Positions 10,506-19,910 of a DNA stretch of 64,000 bases are shown here, piece by piece. Positions within the stretch are counted from its first letter, which is position 1; each line of letters starts with the position of its first letter. A program made the position numbers and the translations under genes. A model generated the notes under the pieces. The model saw nothing but the letters and a program-made list of their open reading frames with translations, did not search any database and had not been told where the DNA came from. Source of the stretch: an uncultured Treponema sp. (GTDB taxonomy: Bacteria; Spirochaetota; Spirochaetia; Treponematales; Treponemataceae); contig ONHK01000010.1 of NCBI GenBank assembly GCA_900317625.1, positions 6,039 through 70,038 of the forward strand, read 5' to 3'.

Positions 10506-11590
10506 TATTTTGCCTCCGATGTTGATGTTACAGTTTCGTTGATAGAATCAACTGCGTCTTTTACAAGACCTTCAAGAGAAGAATCATTTCCTTTAAAGTC
10601 TTCAACTTCAAAATCCTCGATTTCTTCAGGAATTTCAGCTTCCTGTGTTTCTGGTGCAGCATATGAATCAGCTTCAAGAAGAACTGCGTCTTCCGCTTCG
10701 ATTCCATCAATGTTTTCACCTTCAAGTGGTTTTTCCTGGTCAGCTTTTGTTGCGTAATTTGCGGCGGCTTCAACTTTTGCTTTTGCTTCATCAATTGCTT
10801 TTTGTGCGGCTGCTCGTTTTTCTGCAACTTTTTCAGTGATTCTTTCAAATTGCTCGGTTGATTTCAAGTAATGTGTGTAGGCTGATTCTGCATTCTGCAT
10901 TGCATAATTCTGGTCGCCGGATTTGAATTCTTCTGCGGCCTTTGTATATTCTGCCTTTGCCGCAACACCAGCTTTTACTGCATCGGCATCTTTTTTTGCC
11001 TTGAACGCATTTACTCGAGCTTCTTTTGCAAGCTGTTTGTATGCCTTGTTCAGAACATTTATGAATTTTCCGTTTGCCATATTTGCCTTGTCAAGCATTA
11101 ACGTTCCGAGCAAATTTGTTGAATTGTTCAGATTTTCAAATTCTGAAAGGGCAGTGCAACCTTCGTTGTAAGAATTTTCATCGTAAGGAATCAAATCGTT
11201 TTCTTCAATTTTTTTCTTGTTTTCCAGCGCTTTTGAATAAGCAGTCAAAGCCTGGTATCTTTTTTCAACATCGCCGAGCGGAACTGAAATATCAAGTCCT
11301 GAATCAGCCTGTGCCTTTAGTGCGTCATAAAGCGCATCTGCCGCATTGAACTGTTCCTGGGCTATCTTGTCAGCACCAGCTTCAATTGCCGCATTTCGGG
11401 CCGCTTCTGTTTTTTCAAGGGCAGCTGAATTGTCAACATTTGTTGCCTCTTCAACTTTGTCCTCAACTTCATTTACCTTGTCTTCTATTGCAGATGGTAA
11501 TGTATCTTCTGTCTTTGGTGTTGAGCCGCAGGATGTAAATGTGAAGGAAAAAACTGCTGCGAACAGAACTGTTACAATGATTTTTTTCAA
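10505..11590 (-). CDS. Ala-rich helical lipoprotein
   Basis: FTSC lipobox; stop overlaps the next start. Confidence 0.75.
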   Translation of the reverse strand: MKKIIVTVLFAAVFSFTFTSCGSTPKTEDTLPSAIEDKVNEVEDKVEEATNVDNSAALEKTEAARNAAIEAGADKIAQEQFNAADALYDALKAQADSGLDISVPLGDVEKRYQALTAYSKALENKKKIEENDLIPYDENSYNEGCTALSEFENLNNSTNLLGTLMLDKANMANGKFINVLNKAYKQLAKEARVNAFKAKKDADAVKAGVAAKAEYTKAAEEFKSGDQNYAMQNAESAYTHYLKSTEQFERITEKVAEKRAAAQKAIDEAKAKVEAAANYATKADQEKPLEGENIDGIEAEDAVLLEADSYAAPETQEAEIPEEIEDFEVEDFKGNDSSLEGLVKDAVDSINETVTSTSEAK

Positions 11591-11709
11591 AGTGAATGAA
11601 CCTCCATTTTTTAATGCTTATATTTTACAATAACTTTAGTTCCTTCGCAATATTTTAACTTTTATGGTAAAATGATAAAGATAGAATTCTTTGTTTTTAG
11701 GAGATTTTT

Positions 11710-11931
11710 ATGGCAGATGATTTTTCTTTTGAGATAACTGAAAAAATCGGCGTTCTTTCAACAAGCAAATCAGGTTGGACTCTTGAATTGAATAAAGTAA
11801 GCTGGGGCGGACGGCCTGCGAAATTCGATATTCGAAGCTGGGCACCGGAACATTCAAAAATGGGAAAAGGTGTTACTTTGAATGAAGACGAACTGATGGC
11901 GTTGAAAAAACTTATTGAGAATATTGAATAG
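11710..11931 (+). CDS. YdbC/PC4-family ssDNA-binding protein
   Basis: GWTLELNKVSW..KFDIRSW..KMGKGVTL; GGAG RBS. Confidence 0.9.
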   Translation: MADDFSFEITEKIGVLSTSKSGWTLELNKVSWGGRPAKFDIRSWAPEHSKMGKGVTLNEDELMALKKLIENIE

Positions 11932-11934
11932 TTT

Positions 11935-12951
11935 TTATTGAATTGAAAAATCGTAGCTGGCACAGGTTGCGCCTTTTTTTACTATGATTTCATAAATCAT
12001 TTTCTGCAGAATTATGTCTTCAAGCAGCGTTCCTGAAGAGCGGATTTCCATGTCTGAATTTGCTAAATCTGCCAGGATTGCCGTTGTTTGCCCTGATGTC
12101 CAATGTTTTGCGGCCTTTGAATACTGGGTTTTTAGTTTTTTGCTGGCAAATCCGTTTATTTTCAGGTTAAAATCGTCTGTCTGTCCTTGAACGCGAAGTT
12201 TGTGCCACAAAAGAAGTTTTCTGAAACAAGATGTTAGCCCCGCGATTATCATTACAGAAGAATTTTCTTTTGAAAGCCGGATTTTCTGCAGAATATCAAG
12301 AGATTTTTCAAGTCTTTTTTCTGGCTCTGGAATTTCTTCTGCCATTGCCTCAAAAAGTGTGAATGCGTTTTCTTCCCTTGAATGTGAAAGAACTGAGTCA
12401 ACTTCTTTTGCGGTGATTTGGGTTCCTTTTGGAAAAAGAATAAAAAAGCGGGAACATTCGTTCTTTAACGCCTCAGTATTGTTTTCAATCATTTCAAGAA
12501 TGTCTTCGGCAGCTTCTTCCTGAATTGAATATCCATTTTTTCGGAAAAAATTCTGAACCCACGGAACTTTTTGGTTTTCGAACATTTCCCAAAATATTTT
12601 TTTATTTGCGGCAGGAATTGCTTTTTCAATCTTTGTGTCTATTGAAATTTCATCGCTTGTTAGAATAAGGACATTTGTCTCTGAAGTTGAGCTGAAAATC
12701 CATTTTGTTATTGTTTCAATGTCTTCCTTTTTTTTGAGGATTTCTGCATTTTTTACGGTTACACAGACTGCATTTGCAAAAAGAGATTCATTTTCAAGAA
12801 TTCCCATAAAATCTTTTACAGGAGTTTCAGAGGCATAATAATTATATTCTTCAATTTCGCCGAATTTCTTTTTCAATGCGTCCCGGAGCTTTTTTACCGC
12901 ATCATTTTTTTCACCGTTTTCCGGGCCTGTGTAAAGGTAAACTGCCGCCAT
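11935..12951 (-). CDS. holA: DNA polymerase III delta subunit
   Basis: VYLYTGPE, ESLF motif, length and synteny. Confidence 0.85.
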   Translation of the reverse strand: MAAVYLYTGPENGEKNDAVKKLRDALKKKFGEIEEYNYYASETPVKDFMGILENESLFANAVCVTVKNAEILKKKEDIETITKWIFSSTSETNVLILTSDEISIDTKIEKAIPAANKKIFWEMFENQKVPWVQNFFRKNGYSIQEEAAEDILEMIENNTEALKNECSRFFILFPKGTQITAKEVDSVLSHSREENAFTLFEAMAEEIPEPEKRLEKSLDILQKIRLSKENSSVMIIAGLTSCFRKLLLWHKLRVQGQTDDFNLKINGFASKKLKTQYSKAAKHWTSGQTTAILADLANSDMEIRSSGTLLEDIILQKMIYEIIVKKGATCASYDFSIQ

Positions 12952-12952
12952 A

Positions 12953-13564
12953 TCAGTAAGTTCTTACAATATTGGAAAGAATTCCTACAACGCGTACATC
13001 TGTGCAATAAATTGGCTGCATTGTTGGATTTTCTGGCTGCAGGCGAATTCTGGAAGCTTCTTTGTAATATCTTTTTAAAGTGATTGCATCGTCTAAAACA
13101 GCCACAACAATTTGTCCGTCTAAAGCTGTGTCCGCCTGTTCAACAACAGCGAGATCTCCTTCCAAAATTCCTGCGTTTATCATGCTTGTTCCACGAACCC
13201 GGAGCGCAAAATAGCTTTTTCCAGGGCGGATAAAAGGTTCTGTAAGATTTACATAGCCGTCAAGATTTTCTTCGCTGAGCAATGGTTTTCCGGCTGCAAC
13301 TGTTCCAAGAAGAGGAACTTTGCTTACAAACGGCTTGTTTTCTTTTTGTCTTTCATCTATAAGAATTCTGATTGAGCGGGAGCGTTTTTGTTCAGTTGTA
13401 AGATAGCCTTTCTTCTGAAGAGCCGCAATGTGATCCTGTACTGCCCGGAGAGAAATTCCGAAATGTTCGCTGATTTCGCGCACGGTTGGCGGATAAACAT
13501 TTGTTTCTGTAAAATCCGCAATAAAGTCTAAAACTTCTTTTTGTCTTTCTGTTATTTGTTTCAT
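12953..13564 (-). CDS. lexA: LexA repressor
   Basis: YPPTVREI wHTH, VAAG cleavage site, GTSM Ser, TLKR Lys. Confidence 0.95.
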   Translation of the reverse strand: MKQITERQKEVLDFIADFTETNVYPPTVREISEHFGISLRAVQDHIAALQKKGYLTTEQKRSRSIRILIDERQKENKPFVSKVPLLGTVAAGKPLLSEENLDGYVNLTEPFIRPGKSYFALRVRGTSMINAGILEGDLAVVEQADTALDGQIVVAVLDDAITLKRYYKEASRIRLQPENPTMQPIYCTDVRVVGILSNIVRTY

Positions 13565-13584
13565 ATTGAATCCTTGTAAAATTT

Positions 13585-13851
13585 TTATTCTTCTTCAAAT
13601 CTTGAGTCAAAGAGTGCTTCGATTTCGTTTGCACATTCAACTTCGTCCGGTCCATCTGTGCGGAGGGTTAAGACTGTATTGTAGCCGGCTGCCATTGTGA
13701 TTACACCCATGATTGATTTTGCATTTACGGTTGAGTCATCACGTGAAAGAGAAACTTCACACTGATACTTGTTGGCGGTCTGTGCAATGATTGCTGCTGG
13801 TCTGGCGTGAATTCCTGCGCGGTTTTTTACGGTAAGCATTTTTTCTGTCAT
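13585..13851 (-). CDS. ptsH: Phosphocarrier protein HPr
   Basis: GIHARPA, NAKSIMG. Confidence 0.95.
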   Translation of the reverse strand: MTEKMLTVKNRAGIHARPAAIIAQTANKYQCEVSLSRDDSTVNAKSIMGVITMAAGYNTVLTLRTDGPDEVECANEIEALFDSRFEEE

Positions 13852-13879
13852 AATTTTTTCCTTTTATTTGTATATTTTA

Positions 13880-14869
13880 TCAATATGAATCATCTGAATC
13901 TGTAAGGGCATTTTTTACAACGCCATTTTCTATCCATTTAAGGACATTCTGGTTGAAATCCCTTGCGGAATTGTAACCCATGTTTTTAAGTCGCTCGTTC
14001 ATGGCGGCGGCTTCTATAATAATCGGCATATTTCTTCCAGGACGAACTGGAATGTCTATTGCCGGAACTTTTACGCCAAGAATATCCATGTATTGCTCGT
14101 CCACACCAAGTCGGTCGTAAATCTTGTTCCGATCCCATTCTTCAAGGCGAACAACCAGCTGAATCTCTTTTTGGTCGCGGATTGCTCCAACTCCATAAAG
14201 TTTTGAGATGTTTATAATTCCAAGACCGCGGATTTCCATATGATGGCTAATCAGAGTGTTTGCACCTCGTCCAAGAACTGTATTTCCATTTACGCATCGG
14301 ACTTCTACAATATCGTCAGCAACAAGCCGGTGTCCGCGTTCAACAAGTTCAAGCGCAGTTTCGCTTTTTCCGACTCCAGAATGTCCTGTAAGAAGAATTC
14401 CTACACCGTAAACTTCAACAAGAACTCCGTGAAGCGTTTTTGTTGGCGCAAAAGTGTTTGTAAAAACCCGGATAAGTCGTTTTGAAAAATCAGTTGTATC
14501 AAGTGGAGTAGAAAGAATCGGGCAGCATGCTTCTTCCGCAAGGCGCGAAAAATCTTCTGTAGGCTCTCGGCTGCTCGAAAAAATGCAACAAGGAATCTTG
14601 TAATTAAAAAGTTGCTGCAGAGTGTCCGTCTTGTTTTCATCGTGAAGTTTCTTTAAATATGCAGTTTCTCCACGCCCAAAAAGCTGGACACGCTGAAAAG
14701 CAAAAGCATCAAAAAATCCGGAAATTGCAAGTCCCGGTCGGTTAATGTCCGGAACTGTGATTGTTCTAGGCAAACCTCGGCGGCCCGCAATGCATTTTAG
14801 TTCAAGAGCATCGTGTCCTGGTAAATCTAGGTCAAGCAAATCTAAAACTGTGAATTTTTTTTCAGCCAT
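13880..14869 (-). CDS. hprK: HPr(Ser) kinase/phosphorylase
   Basis: GHSGVGKSETALEL, LVADD, MEIRGLGII. Confidence 0.95.
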   Translation of the reverse strand: MAEKKFTVLDLLDLDLPGHDALELKCIAGRRGLPRTITVPDINRPGLAISGFFDAFAFQRVQLFGRGETAYLKKLHDENKTDTLQQLFNYKIPCCIFSSSREPTEDFSRLAEEACCPILSTPLDTTDFSKRLIRVFTNTFAPTKTLHGVLVEVYGVGILLTGHSGVGKSETALELVERGHRLVADDIVEVRCVNGNTVLGRGANTLISHHMEIRGLGIINISKLYGVGAIRDQKEIQLVVRLEEWDRNKIYDRLGVDEQYMDILGVKVPAIDIPVRPGRNMPIIIEAAAMNERLKNMGYNSARDFNQNVLKWIENGVVKNALTDSDDSY

Positions 14870-14884
14870 ATAAATTATACTATA

Positions 14885-16255
14885 CTAATTATATGTCTTT
14901 TTTGCAATGATAATATACGACATAATCATCGCAATCCCTGTCATAATCCAACTTATCGGGTAAACGAGCAAAAGACTTGTCCAGCGGCTGAAATCCTGCA
15001 AAAACAGAATTTCTGTGTAGTTCGGAAAAATTGCCTTTACCCAGAAAACACGGAAAATGCAGATAAAAAGAATGCTGATTGCGGCAGGAACCATTGAATG
15101 TCCTAGCGCGCGTATTGTGGAGGCAGAAACCTCGTAAGTTGCAGCAATACACTGAAAAGAAACTACAACAAGCATTCGTGCGACGCCAAATTTTATAGCT
15201 TCCGGATCGACTGTATATATTGAAATGAAGAAATCCCGGAAGAAAACAAAAAAGAAATTCAAAATTCCGCAGAAACCTACAGCAAATAAAATACAGAAAA
15301 GATTTACTTTTCTGCAGCGGTCAAATTTCCGTGCGCCAAGATTCTGGCTTGTAAATGAAGTTGTTGCCATATTAAAAGCCAAAACGACATAGTAACAGAA
15401 AAGTTCGTAATTCAATTCGCTTGCTGAACCGGCCATTGCTTTTGAGCCAAAAGAATTTATTGAACCTTGAACAATCAAATTTGAAATTGCAAACAGAACC
15501 GACTGAAGTCCAGAAGGAATCCCGATTTTCATCATTTTAGAAAGAAGATGCGGATGAATTCCCAGCTTTTTAAAGTCAAGGTGAAGCTCGTCTGTTTCCC
15601 GGACAAGAAACGAAATCACCAAAGTTGCGCTTATTCCAGTTGCAATTACAGTTGAAATCGCGACTCCTGCAACTCCAAGATGAAAAACAATCACCAGAAG
15701 AAGATTCAGAAAGACATTTAAAATTCCAGAAATTATAAGCGCAAAAAGCGGACGTTTTGTGTCACCCTTGCTTCTTAGGATTGAAGAGCCAAAATTGTAA
15801 AGCATAAAAAATGGCATTCCCATAAAATAAATGCGTAGGTAAAGTGTCGCAAGATTGATTACATCTTCCGGCGTATCTATAAAAAGAAGAAAAGGCTTTG
15901 CAATGAACCAGCCGATAAAAATCAGCGCAACTCCAGCGATAATCGCAAACGTTATAGTCGTATGCACCGCATTCTGAATTTCCTGTTTTTTGCCCGCGCC
16001 AATAAAATTTGCGATTATAACATTTGCACCAAGAGAAACTCCGACAAACAGGCTGATTATGATATTGATTATCGGACCGTTGCTGCCAACTGCCGCAAGA
16101 GACTGGCTTCCGGCAAAACGTCCTGCGACCGCGGCATCAGCAGAATTGAACAGCTGCTGAAGAATATTGCTTGCGGCAATAGGAATTGCAAAAATAAGAA
16201 TTTTGTTCCAAAGAGAACCATTTATCATGTCAATTTTATTTTTTGCGCTGTCCAT
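14885..16255 (-). CDS. MATE family efflux transporter
   Basis: LQQLFNSAD, LAAVG, GDTKRPL, about 12 TM segments. Confidence 0.92.
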   Translation of the reverse strand: MDSAKNKIDMINGSLWNKILIFAIPIAASNILQQLFNSADAAVAGRFAGSQSLAAVGSNGPIINIIISLFVGVSLGANVIIANFIGAGKKQEIQNAVHTTITFAIIAGVALIFIGWFIAKPFLLFIDTPEDVINLATLYLRIYFMGMPFFMLYNFGSSILRSKGDTKRPLFALIISGILNVFLNLLLVIVFHLGVAGVAISTVIATGISATLVISFLVRETDELHLDFKKLGIHPHLLSKMMKIGIPSGLQSVLFAISNLIVQGSINSFGSKAMAGSASELNYELFCYYVVLAFNMATTSFTSQNLGARKFDRCRKVNLFCILFAVGFCGILNFFFVFFRDFFISIYTVDPEAIKFGVARMLVVVSFQCIAATYEVSASTIRALGHSMVPAAISILFICIFRVFWVKAIFPNYTEILFLQDFSRWTSLLLVYPISWIMTGIAMIMSYIIIAKKTYN

Positions 16256-17385
16256 TATATTTCTTTTAAAGCCTCCTGAATATCTTGAGCGGAAAATTCT
16301 TCCCGATTCTGCTGATTTGCGATAAGAGCCGCCCGGTTTATTACAGACTCAATTTGAGCGCAGCTGAAACCATTGAAATTTTTCGCGAGCAATTTTATAT
16401 CGCAGGAAGATTTTTTTCCAGCTGAATATTTTTCAATCAGTTTTTCGCGGGTTTCCAAATCTGGAAAAGGAACTGTGTATTTTGCGTCAAAACGTCCGGG
16501 GCGAATCAAGGCTTCATCCAGTGCGGCGCGGCTATTTGTTGCGGCAAGCACAAGAATTCTATCGTGCGGAGTAAATCCGTCCAGCTCATTTAAAAGTGCA
16601 GTTACAATTCTTGTGTTTTCTGTCTCAATTGCAGAGCCGGAATAATTTCTTCTTGTTCCGATTCCGTCAAATTCATCAATGAAAACAATGCAAGGAGTAT
16701 GATGTCGGGCTTTTGCAAAAAGAAGCTTTACTTTTGCCGGACCGATAGCCATGAACATGCTTTCAAAATCAGTCGCTTTAGCCGGAATAAAATTTACTTT
16801 CGCTTCTCCAGCCAAAGCGCGCGCAAAAAGAGTTTTTCCGTTTCCGGGTGCGCCTTCCAAAAGAATTCCCTTTGGCATTCTGATTCCTTTTGCCTTGTAT
16901 GTGGCAGGATTTTTCATAATGTCAGCAATCTGCATCATGTCTTTTTTTAGATTTTCCATTCCTACAATATCGCTGAATTTTACGCCGGTTTTTCGGACAG
17001 TCTTAAAAGTGTTTGGGGAAATAAATTTTCTGAACGCAAAAATAATCACCGCAAAAAAGATTACATAAAAAACAACATCCAGGACTGTGGAAATTATTTC
17101 TGAAAAATCTTTTTCTTCTTTAAATTGAATGTTATTTAATAGAAGAAATTCTTTTAAATTCGGCGAATCAGGATTTTCAGTTGAAAAAACATTTTCGCCG
17201 CCAGCGTATTTAAAATTTATTTTGTCAGGAAAAATCGTCGCCTCTGAAATTTTTCCTTCAGAAACTTCATTGTAAAAAGTTTTGTACGGCACAGAAACTG
17301 GCTTTTTTTCAAAAAATAAAAAATATGCGCCGCAGGCTAAAATTGCCGCAAAAATCAAACCCAAAAAAAATCTGTTTTTTTTCAT
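16255..17385 (-). CDS. FtsH-like membrane-anchored AAA+ ATPase lacking the M41 protease domain
   Basis: Two TMs around an FtsH_ext-like region, GAPGNGKT, FIDEFD, ALIRPGRFD; no HExxH. Confidence 0.85.
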   Translation of the reverse strand: MKKNRFFLGLIFAAILACGAYFLFFEKKPVSVPYKTFYNEVSEGKISEATIFPDKINFKYAGGENVFSTENPDSPNLKEFLLLNNIQFKEEKDFSEIISTVLDVVFYVIFFAVIIFAFRKFISPNTFKTVRKTGVKFSDIVGMENLKKDMMQIADIMKNPATYKAKGIRMPKGILLEGAPGNGKTLFARALAGEAKVNFIPAKATDFESMFMAIGPAKVKLLFAKARHHTPCIVFIDEFDGIGTRRNYSGSAIETENTRIVTALLNELDGFTPHDRILVLAATNSRAALDEALIRPGRFDAKYTVPFPDLETREKLIEKYSAGKKSSCDIKLLAKNFNGFSCAQIESVINRAALIANQQNREEFSAQDIQEALKEI

Positions 17386-17432
17386 TCCTTAATCTTAATG
17401 AATTGTCGCAATCTGGGCAAAAGAAAAAATTA

Positions 17433-17563
17433 TTTTTGGGCGGCTTTTTGTACGTTTACCTGCGGCAAACTACCAAAAATCAGGCTATCCGCCCTTCCGG
17501 CATTCGCCTCCATTCCTGCGCTCCGCTTCGGAACACCTTCGGTGGGGCTCCTATCCTTGCCGC
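17433..17563 (-). repeat. Structured intergenic repeat, family 2 (copy E)
   Basis: Minus strand GCG..GGATAGGA...GGATAGCCTG...CGCCCAAAAA, same framework as 25222-25338. Confidence 0.6.
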
Positions 17564-17596
17564 ATTCGTGATTATTGTGTTCAAATATTAAAAATC

Positions 17597-17793
17597 GCAT
17601 AAATGTATAAATTTATAAATTGTGAAAAAACGCTTTCAGCAAATTTACAATTTGCTCCAGATGGTTGTGCTCGCGTTTCACTTGAGTTGATTTGGGTGCT
17701 CCGCACTTTAATTGGTACAATCGCACAAAATCTTCACAAATTGTAAATTTGCTTACGCTTTTATTCATTTTTCTAAAAACTATAAATTTATGC
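17597..17793 (-). repeat. Long-hairpin repeat, family 1 (copy A)
   Basis: Core shared with 18362-18557 and 53403-53593; nested inverted repeats. Confidence 0.85.
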
Positions 17794-17811
17794 TATACAA
17801 ATTACATTTTT

Positions 17812-18336
17812 TTATTTGTGCCGGTAATAAAAAACGGTAAAAAAATTGTGCGGTTCTGTTTTTTCTAAAATCCATTCTGAATCTTTAAATTCTGGAAAAA
17901 ACGCGTCAGCATCTTTTGTGTCGCATGGAAAATTTTCATTTATTTCAGAAATAATAAGTTTTTCACAAAGTTTTTTTTCAAGTGCAGTCCGGTAAATCTG
18001 TTCCCCGCCGCAAATAAAAATCCTTGAATATCCTGCGTTCTTGCACAGTGCAATTGCTTTTTCCAGCGAATCTGCCGTCTTTATTTTTGGCGCATTTTTT
18101 GTTTCTTCCCCGGAATTTAAATAATCAAAATTTTTTGTCATGGAAACAACAACGTTAAATCTTCCTGGCAGAGGTTTTCCTATTTCTTCAAAAGATTTTC
18201 TTCCAAAAATAACCGCGCCGCCCATCGTTGTGCTCTTAAAATGCGCAGTTTCTTCTGGAATTTTCCATGGAATTTTTCCGTTTGCACCAATAACACGGTT
18301 TTTTGCGCAAGCCACAATAATTGCAATTTCTTCCAT
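17812..18336 (-). CDS. folA: Dihydrofolate reductase
   Basis: VIG..GKIPW, GRKSF, PLPGR, ICGGEQIY, ADAFFP. Confidence 0.92.
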   Translation of the reverse strand: MEEIAIIVACAKNRVIGANGKIPWKIPEETAHFKSTTMGGAVIFGRKSFEEIGKPLPGRFNVVVSMTKNFDYLNSGEETKNAPKIKTADSLEKAIALCKNAGYSRIFICGGEQIYRTALEKKLCEKLIISEINENFPCDTKDADAFFPEFKDSEWILEKTEPHNFFTVFYYRHK

Positions 18337-18361
18337 AATAACGCTCTAAAATGTCCTAGAA

Positions 18362-18557
18362 ATAAAATTCAAGTTTTTGAAAATTCAGAAAAGTCGCTCA
18401 CGTTGGATTTCCAATTTGCTCCAGATGGTTGGGCTCGCGCTGCGCTTGTATTGTTTTGGGTGCTCCGCACTTTAATTGGTACAATCGCCCAAAATCTTCA
18501 CAAATTGTAAATCCGCCTGCGCTTTTGTTTCTTTTGTTGTAAAAACTTGAATTTTAT
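18362..18557 (-). repeat. Long-hairpin repeat, family 1 (copy B)
   Basis: Terminal IR ataaaattcaagttttt / aaaaacttgaattttat; core near-identical to copy A. Confidence 0.85.
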
Positions 18558-18561
18558 GGTT

Positions 18562-19044
18562 TTATACTTCAACCGCAATCAAAGAGCCGTGCGCATTTTG
18601 TGCCGAAGCGTAAACACTTCTGTTTTTTCTGTACGGATTTTTAAAGTTTTCAATCTGGCTGCGGATTTGCACAAGATGTTTTTTCAAAAGTTCGCGGTTT
18701 TTCTGGTTTTGCTCAAGAACTTTGTCCTGAAGTTTTTCCAGCTCATTCTGAATTGATTCAACAGATTTGTCGCTTTCAGAATTTGCATTTTTTGCAGAAG
18801 ATTTATACATTTCGGACATCGGAACAATTACTTTCTGAAGATTTTTAATTCCTGCCACAACCTGCTGTTCAAGTTCCGCATGATTTATGATTGCATTTGT
18901 GTCTTCTGTTGAAATTGCGTTTTCCTGTTTTTCAAGGACATTCAGATATTCCTGAAATTTTGAACGTTGCTGTTCAAGTAGAGTTCTGAATCTTCTTAAA
19001 ATCGCAACTCTTTCATTCAGTTCTTCGTCGGTAAGTTCTGCCAT
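18562..19044 (-). CDS. flgN: FlgN-like flagellar export chaperone
   Basis: Coiled-coil protein directly downstream of fliS. Confidence 0.65.
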   Translation of the reverse strand: MAELTDEELNERVAILRRFRTLLEQQRSKFQEYLNVLEKQENAISTEDTNAIINHAELEQQVVAGIKNLQKVIVPMSEMYKSSAKNANSESDKSVESIQNELEKLQDKVLEQNQKNRELLKKHLVQIRSQIENFKNPYRKNRSVYASAQNAHGSLIAVEV

Positions 19045-19068
19045 AATTTCCTCCCGCGTTTGCCGGTT

Positions 19069-19515
19069 TTAGCCCGTTATGTCCAGCGTTGATTCTCTTA
19101 AAGAGGTGTTTGCCGGCGCGTTTGCAACGCTGTTTGAAGCTGTTCTCCATGCTCCAAGAAGTTCGTTCATCATATTTACTACAAATTCAATCTTTTCTTT
19201 TTTGTGGTTAAAAATCGCGTCTGTAAGTTCATTGTTAAAATATATGTAAAGCGACATAAGATTTTTTGCAATTTCGCCGCCTTTTTCCATATCAAGCGAA
19301 ACCTGAAGCTCCGTTATTATTGCCTGAGCCTTTTGAATCAGCTTTGTGAAATTTTCAATATCGCCAGGTTTTAACTTGCCGTCTGAATCCATCAGAGAAA
19401 GCGCGGAATTTAATTTTTTTACAGCCGCCTCATATAAAAGAACAACGAGTTTTCCTTGGCTGGCAGTTGTAACATTCGTTTTTTGATATGCAGAATAAGC
19501 CTGATTAAATGCCAT
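19069..19515 (-). CDS. fliS: Flagellin chaperone FliS
   Basis: AYQKTNVTTAS..LVVLLYEAA, IITELQVSLDMEKGGEIAKNL. Confidence 0.95.
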   Translation of the reverse strand: MAFNQAYSAYQKTNVTTASQGKLVVLLYEAAVKKLNSALSLMDSDGKLKPGDIENFTKLIQKAQAIITELQVSLDMEKGGEIAKNLMSLYIYFNNELTDAIFNHKKEKIEFVVNMMNELLGAWRTASNSVANAPANTSLRESTLDITG

Positions 19516-19555
19516 AAATTAAACCTCCCTGGAAAAATCCAGAACATCTCTTTCA

Positions 19556-19582
19556 TTTTCGGATACTGAAAAAAAAACTTTA
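19556..19582 (-). promoter_or_regulatory. Sigma28 (FliA)-like promoter for fliS-flgN
   Basis: TAAA-N15-TCCGAAAA on the minus strand; spacer contains a T9 run. Confidence 0.55.
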
Positions 19583-19653
19583 CTAAAAATCTGAAATTTA
19601 TCGACAATTTGCGCAATAGTTCGTATATTAATAAGAAGAATATTTAGATAGAA

Positions 19654-19892
19654 TTGATTTTGAGTTTGGAAGAAATAATAAATTAAATCTGCGGGAAGAA
19701 AAAGTAAGCGGCAACCGAGCCATTTTGAGCGATGGCAAGCAATTTTGAAAAAATTGCGCAGTCCGATACTTTGTTCGCTCAACCATGGCGAATTGACGTG
19801 CTTTTTCTGGTAGCTGATTTAATTGATGTATTAATTCAAAGTTAAATCTGCCGAAAGCGATTTTTCAAAATGATTAAAAAACTCAAAATCAA
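19654..19892 (+). repeat. Family-1-related long hairpin with a different internal module (copy D)
   Basis: Terminal IR ttgattttgagttt / aaactcaaaatcaa; 3' arm aligns with copy C. Confidence 0.7.
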
Positions 19893-19910
19893 AGCTGACA
19901 AGGATTTTTG

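Noticed and set aside
11935-14869. lexA within hprK-ptsH-holA as a novel link
   Set aside because: Recalled as ordinary treponemal synteny, and no SOS box could be defined from this window
17325-18510. ORFs 17325-17591 and 18241-18510
   Set aside because: They run through hairpin repeats and antisense to real genes
17597-18557. Integron attC sites around folA
   Set aside because: No RYYYAAC/GTTRRRY ends, longer than typical attC, and no intI in the window
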